A stretch of DNA of 63,284 nt, filler included, from Basidiobolus ranarum (GCA_040143965.1; 31 parts of 31 records of this genome joined end to end with filler, not necessarily neighbours in it), one strand, 5' to 3'. Positions 1-12,611 are shown, counted from the whole stretch's first letter. Notes: generated by a model not told the origin, from the sequence alone. Translations and numbers: made by a program.

Positions 1-207
1 AGGAAGGTCCCAGGAACATGTGTGCAAAGTTTGGGGCTTCTAGCACAAGTTTGAAAAATCTATATATCTGAGAACTTGTAAGTTGGTGAAAATATTCTAA
101 GTAAATTCCAATTGAGAAAAATTGATAATATCTTAGTGAATTATAAGATAACTAAGTACTAAACTATATATGACTATATAGGTGTTTAGGCAATGCTAAT
201 TTCAACA
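1..207 (-). mobile_element. Copia family-A LTR (5' part, inverted), inserted in a same-family RNase H
   Basis: The reverse complement starts TGTTGAAATTAGCATTGCC and aligns with 634-830 and 13490-13818. Confidence 0.85.
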
Positions 208-970
208 CAGGATACTTATTCCTTTGCTGTAAAGGAGCTATTTCTTGAAATTCAAAGAAACAACCTACCTTGTGACTTTCAACTACAGAAGCAGAATGCA
301 TGGCTGCATGTGAAGCAACAAAAGAAGCAATATGGTTAAGAAAACTCTTAACAGATTTTGGCTATTCTCAAACATGACTAGCTACAATATTTCAAGATAA
401 CCTTAGTTATATCAAATCAGGTAAAAATCTCACATTTCATAATAGAAGAAAACATATAGATTTTAGTCATCACTTCACTAGAGAGACTATAGGGAATATG
501 TTTTAGACTTAACTTACTGTTCTACTGAAGACATGAGTGCTGATATATTAAACAAACCATTAGCTAGACAGATATTTGCAAAATTTAGACCTTTCTTAGG
601 ATTAGTTTATATGATTATTTAGTTGAGGGAGAGTATTGAAATTTGCATTGCCTAAGCACCTATATAGTCATATATAGCTTAGTACTTGGATGTCTTATAT
701 TTCACTATGATATTATCCATTATTCTTAATTAAAATTTACTTAAAAAATTTAAATAACTTAGAAGTTCTCAGATATATAGATTTTTCACAGAAGCCCCAA
801 ACTTGCACACATATTCCTGGGACCTTCCTTAACACATTCTACATGTGAGTTTATTTATATCTTGACAAAACTATAACTGTCAACTTTCTACTCAACAAGG
901 CAACAAGTGAAAACCATCAATTTCTCTAATTCCCCAAACCACTTCCTACAGGCTCCCAAATACTTTAACA
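208..970 (+). mobile_element. Copia family A: decayed RNase H, PPT and 3' LTR (634-970)
   Basis: GYLFLCCKGAIS*NSKKQPT..STTEAE..KEAIWLRKLL..KHID remnants with frameshifts. PPT TTGAGGGAGAG, then LTR TATTGAAA...TTTAACA. Confidence 0.9.
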
Positions 971-1735
971 GTTTCTGATCCAGTTTGATCTCCTGGTTTG
1001 GGATGAAGATACTATAGCTTCTGGCATTGTATTGGGCAGTTTGGTAGCCTGAATTTTTGTTTAAGGGCTCACATGAATGTTACTTTCTCCATGATTCTGT
1101 TTTGAATTAATTTAAATGATTGAATCAGGAAAAAATTGATCTGCATTATCTCTGAGGTTGTTTTTTCATTTTTTCAAACAAAACATCCCTCAACATGTTT
1201 AACTTTGAGGTTTTGTTATCATAGAGTTTGCAGACTGTAGTATGAGTGCAATAACCCAGAAATATGCTTTTCTTGCTTTTTAGATCAAATTTGATTGATT
1301 TTTGGTCATAATTCCGACATCAGCAATACATCTAAAGATCCTCAAATGTTATACATCAGGTTTAACTCCAAACCAAACTTGATATGGTGATGAGTTAGCC
1401 AGACTTCTAGTAAATCTTCTATTCTTTGGATATACAGCTGTAGCAACAGATTTTGCCCCATTCTGTTGGTTGTATCGTAATTTGCATGCAACTTCATCCA
1501 GAAGTCTGCTAAATACATGATTTAATGCTAAATTTTCAGTTCTTGATTCTGGAGCCATCACAAGGTTCTGAAACTTGTGTGGCAGGCTATTCAGGACTGT
1601 AACTATGATATCATGATAAGTAGTAGGTACTGCCATGCATTCCATTTCATCAACTAAAATGGTGACTCTGTTAATTAGCAATTTATTGTCTTCTTCTAGC
1701 TTCATCTTTAAGTTGAAGAACTGTGTACTTAGAAG
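971..1735 (-). mobile_element. Copia family A internal remnant: gag fused by deletion to the integrase C-terminus
   Basis: ORF 1349-1705 joins gag-like VTVLNSLPHKFQNLV..RLLDE directly to integrase AKSVATAVYPKNRRFTRSL..PYQVWFGVKPDV. Confidence 0.85.
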
Positions 1736-1954
1736 TGTTGAGATTATTTAGGGAGAATTATTGGTCTGGCCAGGAATTGAACCTGGGACCTCCTTCACTC
1801 TAGCAAGGTGCTCTAACCACTGAGCTACCAGTCCTTGTATGCCATGCCTATATTGCTAGGGAACCTTAACCTAGTCTGTCAATGTATGGTACTTTGGCAT
1901 TTCAGCTATACAAGCAACTGATTGGCCTTAGACTTTGTGTTCAAATGCAGTCAC
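1736..1954 (-). mobile_element. tRNA-containing TRIM LTR (3' or solo LTR, truncated by contig end)
   Basis: The reverse complement aligns with 47342-47561 and ends in an intact CTCAACA. It is followed by Copia gag sequence, not a PBS. Confidence 0.9.
1762..1834 (-). ncRNA. tRNA-like sequence within the TRIM LTR (probably not a decoding tRNA)
   Basis: 73 nt: GGACTGGTAGCTCAGTGGTTAGAGCACCTTGCTAGAGTGAAGGAGGTCCCAGGTTCAATTCCTGGCCAGACCA. A box TAGCTCAGTGG, B box GGTTCAATTCC; D and T stems pair. Confidence 0.85.
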
Positions 1955-2054
1955 NNNNNNNNNNNNNNNNNNNNNNNNNNNNNNNNNNNNNNNNNNNNTT
2001 AATTAATTAANNNNNNNNNNNNNNNNNNNNNNNNNNNNNNNNNNNNNNNNNNNN
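1955..2054. other. Artificial contig-joining spacer (first of 30)
   Basis: N44-TTAATTAATTAA-N44 (stops in all six frames) recurs about every 2.05 kb, starting at 1955, 4008, 6060, 8111, 10161, 12210, 14259, 16307, 18355, 20402, 22448, 24494, 26540, 28586, 30631, 32676, 34721, 36766, 38810, 40854, 42897, 44939, 46980, 49019, 51058, 53097, 55135, 57173, 59211 and 61248. Contig lengths never increase along the window. Confidence 0.99.
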
Positions 2055-4007
2055 TGAAATATCAAAGAGCACTGACACTTAGCAAATAGCTGACTCTTGT
2101 TATCTTTCACAATGAGAATAAGCTCTTGGATTTTGGCAAATTTCCATAAAGAATTCATCCAATATTTCCCCAACTTGCAGTCACCAATGTCCTGCCACAA
2201 GTAGACATGTCATTGCTTAAATATATTACTTCATGGCAAAGATGATAATACTATGTATCTCCATCTATCTTACCGAGAAGTCTGTCTTCAGCCTTTGTGG
2301 AAATACCAGCAGACTATTACACAAACAAATTATTCCAAACTATATAAGTACTTATTCAGTATCAATGGATTGGGTTTTGTTGCTGTTATTCTGCTCAAAC
2401 AATGCAAAAACCCATGATAACATTGAAAAGAGCCCTTTGTTGGAAGGTTAATATACTCTGGAGTCTCTTTGACCCATTGCATTACATCAATTACCAATTT
2501 TACTGATACATTATTAAGCAGATTAGCATATTGTAATACTGACAATTTCACACAGGGCCTGATTTCACTGCAGGCATGTTCCATTTGGAACTGCCAGAAT
2601 GTATAGCAAGGCCCTACAATCTCTAAGCATTTTGAAAGATGTAGCAGGGAATGTATTGAATACCAGCATAGATTCTGTCTTTCTTCTTTAAACCTGTGAC
2701 AAAGTCTTTCATATCCAATTACATAAACTTTGCACAGTAGCTGTATCTGCCTGAGATCTACTTATGTGAGTCAATGCCTGATGCCGTAAGAATATATCAA
2801 CAATATCCACAACCAACTTCCAATATTGCCAATACTTATCAGGCAGAAATCTCTTCAAGATTCCACTTGAATATATACAAATCTAATACCTCCAGTCTTT
2901 TCATTTGGATAAAAGCCTGGATGAGTGGATATTGATGGAAGTCCTGGTAAAATACAATGGTATCTTGATGTTTTCAAGCATTTCCCCAATTGATTCAAAC
3001 TTAGATCCTATCTCATATGGCTCATTCATATTGCATTTTCCACTATATAGCTAAGTAAGTAGTATTGGAATGGTATTGAATAGTAAGTGCATAGTGCCTA
3101 ATGGGAAGCTCGGGCTCCAGCTGAACCCCTTTAGTAATATAATCTTAGGCTTATGCTGACACCAAGTTTGATGTTAGACTGACTATTTGGTGATTTGATT
3201 TCAGTGATCATGCTGAAATCTGACCAGGCAGTTGATGGTAAAATCATGGAGTTTAGTTTTGTATTTTGATAGTAGTACTGCATATGTCTAATTGAGCAGA
3301 CTCCATTGATTTGACAAAATCTACAACAAGATAGTGCAATGTACCCATGAAGACCTCCAAGCTTGCTGATGGCAGGAGTATCACCAATACATACAATGAC
3401 ATTAGCTTTAATAAAATATTACACCCATACAAACACATTAGATAACTGTTCAAATTCCACAATAAAAGGCTCCAAGAACCTATCTATATGCCCTGGTGAT
3501 ATAGGTGCAGATATGATGGATAGTATCAAAGTATTATGACTCTTATACTATTCAGAAGGAGGAAGATTTACATTTATCAAAATTATTGGCCAGCAAGCCT
3601 TTCCAATGCTACATTTTTTTTAGCAAGAAACCATCCAGAGTCAATGCAAATGCATGATCTCTTCTGTTCTCATTGAAACCTTGACTTTTCAGATTCCGGT
3701 AGTGATATCCACCAAGTATATTGGTAATACCAGCAGGTTTACAATGAGTACTTTGTTATTGCATCAATAATTTATAATTGGATGATTTCATCAAAACTCC
3801 AAGACAGGATATCAATGGTATGGAAGCCAAATATTGACAACATATACCTAATTCAGTGATTGCCAATTATGTGCTAACTGTACATGACTTCAAGTTTTTC
3901 AGATCACCAGTGAAAGCCAAACAACTATTTGGACATGAAGGTAGTTTAATTACTGAAGAATTATAAGTCATATGATTGACAAGTGTTTTCCACTTGTACC
4001 AGGTCTG
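2055..4007 (-). mobile_element. CACTA/EnSpm-related transposase, decayed
   Basis: Colinear with 8211-9117; contains GDTPA and FPLGTMH motifs and the FPME region. Confidence 0.85.
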
Positions 4008-4107
4008 NNNNNNNNNNNNNNNNNNNNNNNNNNNNNNNNNNNNNNNNNNNNTTAATTAATTAANNNNNNNNNNNNNNNNNNNNNNNNNNNNNNNNNNNNN
4101 NNNNNNN

Positions 4108-5610
4108 TCTACCTACACACCATATCAAGTTTAGTTTTAAGTAACACCTTATGTGAAACATTTGAGAATCTTTGGATGCATTGCTTATGTTAAAATTATG
4201 ACCAAAATTGGTCTAAATTTGATCCAATAAGTAAGAAATGCATGTTTCTGGGCTATTGTACTCAAACTGAGGTCTACAGACTCTATGATGCCAAAATTTC
4301 AAAGTTAATCAAGTTCAGGAATGTTTTATTTAATGGAAATGAATTATTTTCACCCAAAATGACCTCAGATATGGACAAAAATCAATTTTCTCCTGATCCA
4401 ATCATTGAAATTGATTCAAGCCAAAAAAAATGAAGAAAATGGCATTCCTGTGGACCCTTCTGCCAAAATTCAGCCTACTGAAGTGCCCAATACAATGACA
4501 GAAGTTATAGTACCTTTAACCCAAACCAGGATATCAAATTTGATCAGAAATAGCCATGATTAATGCTTCAGTGAGTTCCAAAATTGGGTCTATGCCTGCA
4601 CAGCTTAAATACATGAGCCTCACATTGTAAAAGAGGCCTTTCATGGCCCTCACACAAATCTTTGGAGATCTGCAATGGCTGATGGGTACCAGGCTTTGAT
4701 AGATAATCAAACTTGGATTTTGAGCCAAATTACCTGAAGATAGAAAATCAATTGGCTGCCAATGCATGTTTGAAGTTAAATATAACTCTGATGGAAATAT
4801 AGAGAGGTACAAGGCTAGGCTAGTAGCCAAAGAATACTTGAAAAGACCAGGAATAGATTATAAAGAAACTTTTGCTCCTGTAGCAAAGTTTAATATAATT
4901 AGATTGATTTTAGCAATTTCAGCTCAATATTGGTTTATATTGCATCAAATGGATGTTGAAACTAATTTTTGAATGGTGGGCTCGCTGAGGAGATCTGTAT
5001 GTAGCAGCCAGATGTATATGTGGGCCCAGAAAACCCTAAAAAGCTTTCAGACTTCAGAAACACTCTATGGCTTAAAACAATCTCTAAGATCTTGGAATAG
5101 CATGATAAGCACTTTTTTGGAAACACTAAAGTTACAAAAGAGTAATGCTGCCTATAATATCTACTTCAGGCCAGATAAGACAAACCTAGCTTTGTTAGCC
5201 TTATATGTAAATGACCTTATTATAGCAGACAATGACTTAAAGACTTTGGAGATAACCAAATCTAGCTTATCTACCGAATTTGAAATGACTGATATTGGTG
5301 AACTAATTTACTATCTTGGAATCCCAAGTACAATAGATAGAACTTCCTGAACAATGATGTTAAGCCAGTCTAAGTATATCCTAAATATGCTTAAATAGTT
5401 TAAGATGGAAGAATGTGGTCCAGTATCTATCCTATTTGATACATATCTTAACTTGACCATAATTGGCTCTTATCAGACATTCTTGAATTCAAACAAAAGC
5501 CAAGAACTTCCCTATCAATCTATGGTTGTTAGTTTGATGTATATCATGGTTGGAACATGGCCAGATATTACATATTCCATGTGAGTCAAGTGCTAATATC
5601 TTCAACATAA
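4108..5610 (+). mobile_element. Copia family A integrase C-terminus and reverse transcriptase, decayed
   Basis: [49 protein letters not shown]. Confidence 0.92.
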
Positions 5611-6059
5611 CCCTAACAAAAATAAAATCAATTTGATCCGGATTGGATCCACCCTCAGAAATAGCAAAACCATCAGAGAACCATCACAATATTGTTGGCT
5701 TGCATTCTGCCAGAGATTTTGATGGTGTGATGGCAGCTTCTTGACGGTATCTTAATGGTATTCATAAATGTTAAAATATTGATCCTCAAATTTGGCATGC
5801 GTTATTCAATATCCAGCAATTTTTGCAAAAATATAATTTTTGAATGGCAAATTACTGGGTTTACTGCTTTAGGAATTCAAATTAATATGCATGCCTTTAT
5901 TTAGATATTTTAGGCTTTGTATTCCAGCCATAATGAGAATCAAAAAATACAAGAATCTTGTTGTGTTTAGTCTCTACATATGCACATATTTGACTGATTA
6001 GACATAACTCAACAACATCAATATGCTTTACCAGCAAACTAATGGTTGAAAAATTGCTA
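5611..6059 (-). mobile_element. CACTA-like element B-end (TIR CCCTAACAAAAAT) and transposase 3' end
   Basis: Reverse complement of 31255-31705 and 32830-33282. Confidence 0.85.
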
Positions 6060-6159
6060 NNNNNNNNNNNNNNNNNNNNNNNNNNNNNNNNNNNNNNNNN
6101 NNNTTAATTAATTAANNNNNNNNNNNNNNNNNNNNNNNNNNNNNNNNNNNNNNNNNNNN

Positions 6160-6250
6160 TGTCTTGTCTTGTGGTCTACACCCAAGTACTCTCCTGCCTT
6201 CTAGCCTCTTGTCGTTGTTCCCAGTCCTTGTCCAGTTCCTTATTGTGACA
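6160..6250 (+). mobile_element. Chromovirus (Gypsy) LTR 3' end
   Basis: Ends CTTATTGTGACA; matches 34412-34505 inverted. Confidence 0.8.
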
Positions 6251-8110
6251 CGCTGACATATTGAATCTGTTTAAACATCTCCAATTTATTTTTCTTGTGT
6301 AATACCAAGTGTTCCAATGTTGGAATTTTTGGACATCTGTATTCTACGACAATATGCTGGTGATCCAAGATTTTGCATTTCAAACTTGAAAGATAGCCAG
6401 CTCTTAGTTTGTTTCATCAGATCTGAGCAATTACTAACTATTATGATATCATCAACACAGAGAGCAATTATGACTATGGTGGCTTTGATAGTCTTGAAGT
6501 ATATGCAGTGAACAGCTTTGCCATGATGGATAAGATGTTTCATGAAGATCTGATTGAGTTTGGTGTTACATGGGCAAGGAGCCTGTTTCAGATCATATAG
6601 ACTTCTCTGTATTTACACACTTGATGTTCTTTTCCTTTTGCAATATATCCCTCTGGTTGATCCATGCATATATCTTCATCAATTTCTCCATTAAGAAATG
6701 CTGTCTTGACATCCATTTATTCAATTTGCATTCCTTGGTGGGTAGCAATAGCTTGGATTACTCTGATTGAGGTATACATAGCAATGGGAGAAAATGTTTC
6801 ATCATAGTCAATGCCATGTTTCTGAGCATGGCCTTTTACTACTGATCCTGCTTTATACTGGTTGATAGATCCATTTTAGTTAAGTTTCAGTTTTGGCACC
6901 CATCTATTACAAATAGTTTTTCTTCCAGTAGGTAATTCCATAAGGATCCATGTTTTATTCTTGATTAGGGAGTGAATTTCATCATCAGTGAATTTTCTCC
7001 ATTCTGTTGCTTCATCAGATTTCAGAGCTTGTGTCAAAGTTTCTGGTTCAGAAAATTCTATATGCATAGATGTATTGCACCCATTTTCTGAATTGAATCT
7101 GTGGATTTCATGCTCTGATTTGAGACATCCAAAGTCCTTGGTAGAATGGTCAGATGTTCACTTATAGGTTGTTTCTGATTACCACTTAGTGGGATTTCTG
7201 AGACCTTATTGCCTGAATTTTTTGACTGATTGAATACTTGTTGAGAATGATTATATACTTCCAATAATTGATTGCATCCAATATCAGCCGAATTGAGAGT
7301 AGGATATTTCCTAGGTATATGAATGGTCAAAAAATTATTGTTTGTTTCTGATCCCAATTTCCTGATTCCAAATTGGCTGGAAATATATTTTTTTGTGAGA
7401 CCATATTTTTCATTTGCAGAGACAATATGCTGATTTGTAGAAGCTGGTTCTAAATTATCAGTATTCTCAGAGTAATTAGCAGGTTTTCTGGTATAAGTTG
7501 GTGCATCTCTAGTGTTGCCTAATGTTTCACTCCTTGTATGGCTGCTTGATTCCCAAATATCACATAATAGTTTGTTCTGCTTGGTTTCAGTACTCATAGT
7601 GAAGTTTGAGACAGGATTGTTGCTTGTAGGCTTTTGGCTAAGAATATTGACCACAGGGATTGGTAATGATTTGAGCTCTGTCTTATATTCATTGGTGGCT
7701 GATGTTTTAGACCTTGTCACCAATTGGATATTTTGTAAACTTGGATAATGTTGATAGATAGATTCATATTTCAAATTTGGCCTAATTTCAGTATCTATTT
7801 CCTATGTATCATTTTCCAAGTTGGTTTCATTACTTGTTAGCTCAAGATTTGTTTCAGAACTTGTTAACTTGGAATTGAGTTAATGAGAAATCAATTATCA
7901 GCAAAAATCAAATTCCCATGATTAGAAGATTTAAGATTTTCTTCAATGAATATTGTATCTCTGGAGTTGATGATTTGATTTGTGCCAGCAACTAGCAGAC
8001 AATAGCCTTTGTTCTGATATCCTAATAGGTTACATTTAATTGCCTTTTTGTCCAATTTCCTATGGGGAGGTTTAGGAATATGAGCATTTACTATTGATCC
8101 AAATATTCTG
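6251..8110 (-). mobile_element. Copia pol with a long integrase-RT spacer, decayed
   Basis: EPETLTQALKSDEATEW..WILMELPTGRKTICNRWV, ALCVDDIII; colinear with 49119-51057. Confidence 0.9.
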
Positions 8111-8210
8111 NNNNNNNNNNNNNNNNNNNNNNNNNNNNNNNNNNNNNNNNNNNNTTAATTAATTAANNNNNNNNNNNNNNNNNNNNNNNNNNNNNNNNNN
8201 NNNNNNNNNN

Positions 8211-9694
8211 AGTGCCTAATGGGAAGCTCTGGCTCCAGCTGATCCCCTTTAGCAATATAATCTTAGGCTTATGGCTAATACCAAGTTTGATATTAGACTG
8301 ACTATTTGGTGAATTGATATCAGTGCTCATGTTGAAATCTGACTGGGCTCTTGATGGTAAAATCATGGAGTTTAGTTTTCTATTTCGATAGTAGTAATGC
8401 ATATGCCTGATAGAATAGACTCCATCGATTTGACAAAATATACAGCAAGATAGTGCACTTTGCCCACAAAAACCTCCAAGTTTACTGATGGCAGGAGTGT
8501 CACCAATAAATACAATGATATTAGCTTTAATAAAATATTCACCCATCTGAACCCCATTAGATAACCATTCAAATTGTGCAATCAAAGGCTCCAAGAAACT
8601 ATCTATAAGCACTGGTGATTTAGGTCCAGATATGATGCATACTATTGAAATATTATACCAATCAGAAGGAGGAAGATTTAAGTTAATTAAAATTATTGGC
8701 CAGCAAGCCTTTCCAATGATATATTTGTTCAGTGAGAAACCATCCAGAGCCAATATAAATAATTGATCATACATGTTCTCAAGGAAACCTTGACTTTTCA
8801 GATTCTGATAGTGGTATCCATCAAGTATATTTGTAATACCATCAGCTTTATGGTGAGTACTTGGGTATTGGATCAATGATCTATATTTGGATGATTTCAT
8901 CAAAACTTTAAGATAGGGAATTAACAGTATGTAAGCCAAATATGAACAATATTTACCTGATTCAGTGATTGCCAATTGTGTGCAAACAGTACATGACTTC
9001 AGGTTTTTCAGATCACCAGTGAAAGCCAAATAACCATTTGGACATGAAGGTAGTTTAATTAATGAAGGATTATAAGTCATACAATTGACAAGTGTTTTCC
9101 ACTTGTTCCCGGCCTGTAGCAAGCAACATTTGCCAATCAACTGTGGTAAAAGTGTAAGAACACCAATAAACACCTGGTTGCTAAGATTGGATTGAACTCT
9201 CTACTCCTCTACAATCAAAGCTGGTTCCTTTACAGTAAGTGTTTTGAGTGGACTAATGCTTGCCAATAACAAAGAGTGCATAACAAAACAATTGTCTTCT
9301 TCTTCAACTTTTGATATACTACCATTGGTACTGGAATAACTGAGGTCAACATCTAGCAGCAAGTCCTCAAAGTTGTCTGGAATTACTGGTTTGACCAAAG
9401 TTGCTTTTTGACCTACATCATTCTGGTCATATAACTGTGGTAACTCCACAGTATCTTAACTTCTGGCAGTGTTACTAAAACTTTGAGGCAAACTACAGTT
9501 AGTGGACTCAATGGGCAAAACTAAAGTCAATTTAGTGTACTTATTACAGTTGTTATATACCAGGCTTTGTGCAGCTGCTGGCTTTGTACAGTGACCATGC
9601 TTGTGATTATTTTTTCTATGAAGCCTCCACTTTCACAGCACTAGCATTTGTGATAATAATAGCAGGGCTTCTTTAAACGTTTGTGCGGCAACAT
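8211..9694 (-). pseudogene. CACTA/EnSpm-type DDE transposase (Tnp2-like), 5' half
   Basis: CPNG..F....L..C..C, LALDGF..CWPIILINLNLPP..IISGPKSP..IDSFLEPL..IGDTPA..CIFC. Probable ATG at 9694 (MLPHKRLKKPC), with stops and frameshifts. Confidence 0.88.
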
Positions 9695-9906
9695 GAGTAG
9701 GATATTGTAGAAAAAAGAACACCTCCTATGTATGGATGGTATTTTAGGTATAGCCCATCAATATCATCAGCTGATTCTGAGAAGGTTTCATAGGTGAGTC
9801 ATCAGGGGATTTACAGGAAATTTCTGGTAATGGATGGCAATTATGGTTTGTTATAAGCTGTTTCTAAGCAATTTCAATACACCAAGTTTACCATCTGAAA
9901 ATTTCA
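9695..9906. promoter_or_regulatory. Putative bidirectional promoter between the transposase and ORF2
   Basis: 212-bp interval with the same length at 16760-16971; both copies keep TCAGCTGA and TGAGTCA. Function is inferred from position only. Confidence 0.5.
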
Positions 9907-10054
9907 ATGCCATTCAAAGAGCATTCAAAATCTAAGTCAAAATTGGCTTCCAAGCCAAAGCCTGCTAGCACAAAAGGAAAAAAACCAGTAAGAACAGAGG
10001 ACATAATTGATGTGCAGTCTAGTGATCCACTATTCACTTTTGAAGGCATTAACA
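9907..10054 (+). pseudogene. CACTA-like element ORF2 N-terminus
   Basis: MPFKEHSKSKSKLASKPKP.. matches 16972 onward. Confidence 0.75.
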
Positions 10055-10260
10055 GATTTTCCTCTTCCTGTCACACCTACAACAATTGCACTTACTGCCC
10101 CAGAAACTTTTTTTTCTCTTTTGTCTTCATAAATTTTTTCCTTATTAAGCCCAGAAAAACNNNNNNNNNNNNNNNNNNNNNNNNNNNNNNNNNNNNNNNN
10201 NNNNTTAATTAATTAANNNNNNNNNNNNNNNNNNNNNNNNNNNNNNNNNNNNNNNNNNNN

Positions 10261-10693
10261 GTGGCTAATTGCAGAGTTTTTGGAAGAATCACACATGCAA
10301 TGATTTCAGACCAGAAGAGATCAAAATTAGACCAAAAAAGCCAGAAATGTTTTTTTTGCGATATTGTGATGGAACATATGGTACAGGCTATATGACACTC
10401 AAAATAAGAGGCTAATCAAGTCAAGGGATGTAGAATTTGCTGAAGAAGAAAAATTTTCAATCAAAACAATCCAGGATCAAGAAAAACAACCAAAAATTTA
10501 TGAAAATACTTCTTTTTCTCACTGGATCCTGATGAGTGAGAAAAACATTGAAAATTCCACACCTGCAGTCTCCTCAACCAAGCATGAGGTGGTTTCATTG
10601 CCTAAATTGGTACCAGAAGTTGTAGTGCCAATTTCTCATCTTAGGAGATCCAATAGGATGAGATCTCTACTTGAATACTACTCTCACACTAGC
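10261..10693 (+). mobile_element. Copia integrase C-terminal region
   Basis: RVFG..HAMISDQKRSKLDQKSQKC..YRLYD..LIKSRDVEF. Confidence 0.8.
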
Positions 10694-10986
10694 TGTCATG
10701 ATTCTGATCTCGGCATACTGATCCACTACAAATAGAACTTCTCTATTATTAGATTATGACATCATATCTGCTGTGCCATCCCTTCTTGGTAATCTGGTGT
10801 CAGTTCATCCAGATGACCTTATATGGAAATCATGTTCTTTGGAACATTCCATGAAACCTAACCAATCATGTCATCCCACACATAGTGTATTTTTGCCAAG
10901 ACCTTCCATGAATGGTCACCTGATCATCCTTACATCATCCCTCTTTGTATTGGTCCTTGTAGTCCCCAACACCCCAACTCTTGAAC
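10694..10986 (+). mobile_element. Chromovirus LTR 5' part
   Basis: Starts TGTCATGATTCTGATCTC; matches 35875 onward. Confidence 0.85.
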
Positions 10987-11090
10987 AAGCTGGACATTGC
11001 ATTGTGGTTTATCAATCCTTAGACATTTCTAGAGGCTTGATTCCCTTTCACAAAGACCCAAGAGGCAAGAGACAGACCTATATTACAGTA

Positions 11091-11300
11091 CATCCCAGAG
11101 TTATTCAACCATGGTTATTGCAACCTTTGGACACCTCACAAAACCCTTAGGATATTGCAGTTATAGTTGCTGCTAACACCCTAAAACAACTACAACGTCC
11201 CTGAGTTATTCAACCATGGTTATTGCACCCTTTGGACACCTCACAAAACCTTTAGGATATTGCAGTTATAGTTGCTGCTTAAACCCTAAAACAACTACAA
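11091..11300 (+). repeat. 105-bp tandem duplication in the Gypsy integrase region
   Basis: Units 11091-11195 and 11196-11300, both with the LLQPL-like remnant. Confidence 0.9.
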
Positions 11301-11797
11301 CGTCTAACAAAGATGGCCCACTTTGTGCCTGGCAACAAGTCAATTGAGGCAAATCAAACAGCAGAATTGGTAACTCAAAACATCTTCCGCTTACATGGCC
11401 TCCCTGAAACTATCATCTCTGACAGAGGACCTCAGTTTGCTTCCAAATTCTGGAAAAGTCTCCTCCATACCTTGGGTATGTCTGCCAATCTCTCCACTGC
11501 CTTCCACCCCCAATCTGATGGCCAAACAGAAAGAGTCAATCAAGTTATGGAACAATATTTGCAATGCACTATCAACTATAATCAGGATAATTGGACACAA
11601 CTCTTGCCTCTAGCTGAATTTGGTTACAACAACTCTTATCATACTTTAAGAAAACAAACTCCCTTCTTTGCAAATTATGAATTCCAACCTTGTTTCACAA
11701 TTCACCCACCATCCAATCTACCTTGCTCTGCTGCCTCAGACCATGCCACTTTCCTTAAGGATATCCTTAAACAATTAATATCTGAGTTGGAGCATGC
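11301..11797 (+). mobile_element. Gypsy integrase core
   Basis: RLTKMAHF..IFRLHGLPETIISDRGPQFASKFW..STAFHPQSDGQTERVNQ..WTQLLPLAEFGYN. Confidence 0.95.
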
Positions 11798-12209
11798 TGT
11801 CATGATTCTGATCTTGGCATACTGATCCACTACAAATATAACTTCTCTAATATTAGATTATGTCATCTTATCTGCTGTGCCATCCCTTCTTGGCAATCTG
11901 GTATCAGTTCATCCAGATTACCTTATATGGAAATCATGTTCATTGGAACATCCCATTGAACCTAACCAATCATGTCATCACACACATAGTGTATTACTGC
12001 CAAGACCTTCCATGGAAGGTCACCTGATCTTCCTTACATCATCTGTACATCATCCCTCTTTGTATTGGTCCTTATAGTCCCCAACACCCCAACCCTCAAA
12101 CTTGTCACAGTATATTCCCTATTCAGTATATTATGTTTCACCTTGCAATATCTATATAAGCCCCATGTATTCCTTTATCAGACCTCAGTCAGATCAACAC
12201 CAGTTATAA
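11798..12209 (+). mobile_element. Chromovirus LTR inserted in a same-family integrase
   Basis: TGTCATG start directly after GAGTTGGAGCATGC; the uninterrupted continuation is visible at 35340 onward. Confidence 0.85.
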
Positions 12210-12309
12210 NNNNNNNNNNNNNNNNNNNNNNNNNNNNNNNNNNNNNNNNNNNNTTAATTAATTAANNNNNNNNNNNNNNNNNNNNNNNNNNNNNNNNNNN
12301 NNNNNNNNN

Positions 12310-12611
12310 CACAAGGGGGGTAGGCTTTGGGTATTAGAAGCAACTTATGATAGTGTGTTTTTAGTTACTTTATTTGTAAGAGTATATGGTGATGTGTGTA
12401 GTAGAAAAGTATATCAATTGTTTGAGATATTCAGGAGTTTGTGTCATAAGATATAACAGATAAGTGGGGGTAATAAGACATACTTGTTATATAGATATAG
12501 AAATATTCCTATTTAGAATATAGGGGCTATAGATATGTTGCTTTCTGCTTCTGAAAAATGTATCATAACTAAAGTTGACTATAATGTTGAATAAAGAATA
12601 ATTATCCAACA
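12310..12611 (-). mobile_element. Copia family-B LTR
   Basis: The reverse complement starts TGTTGGATAATT; matches 56658-56977. Confidence 0.85.

Noticed and set aside
10773-11150. Recurrent MPSLLGNLVSVHP.. ORFs (also at 11877 and 35899) as a gene family
   Set aside because: They lie within the chromovirus LTR and their frames and lengths are not conserved.
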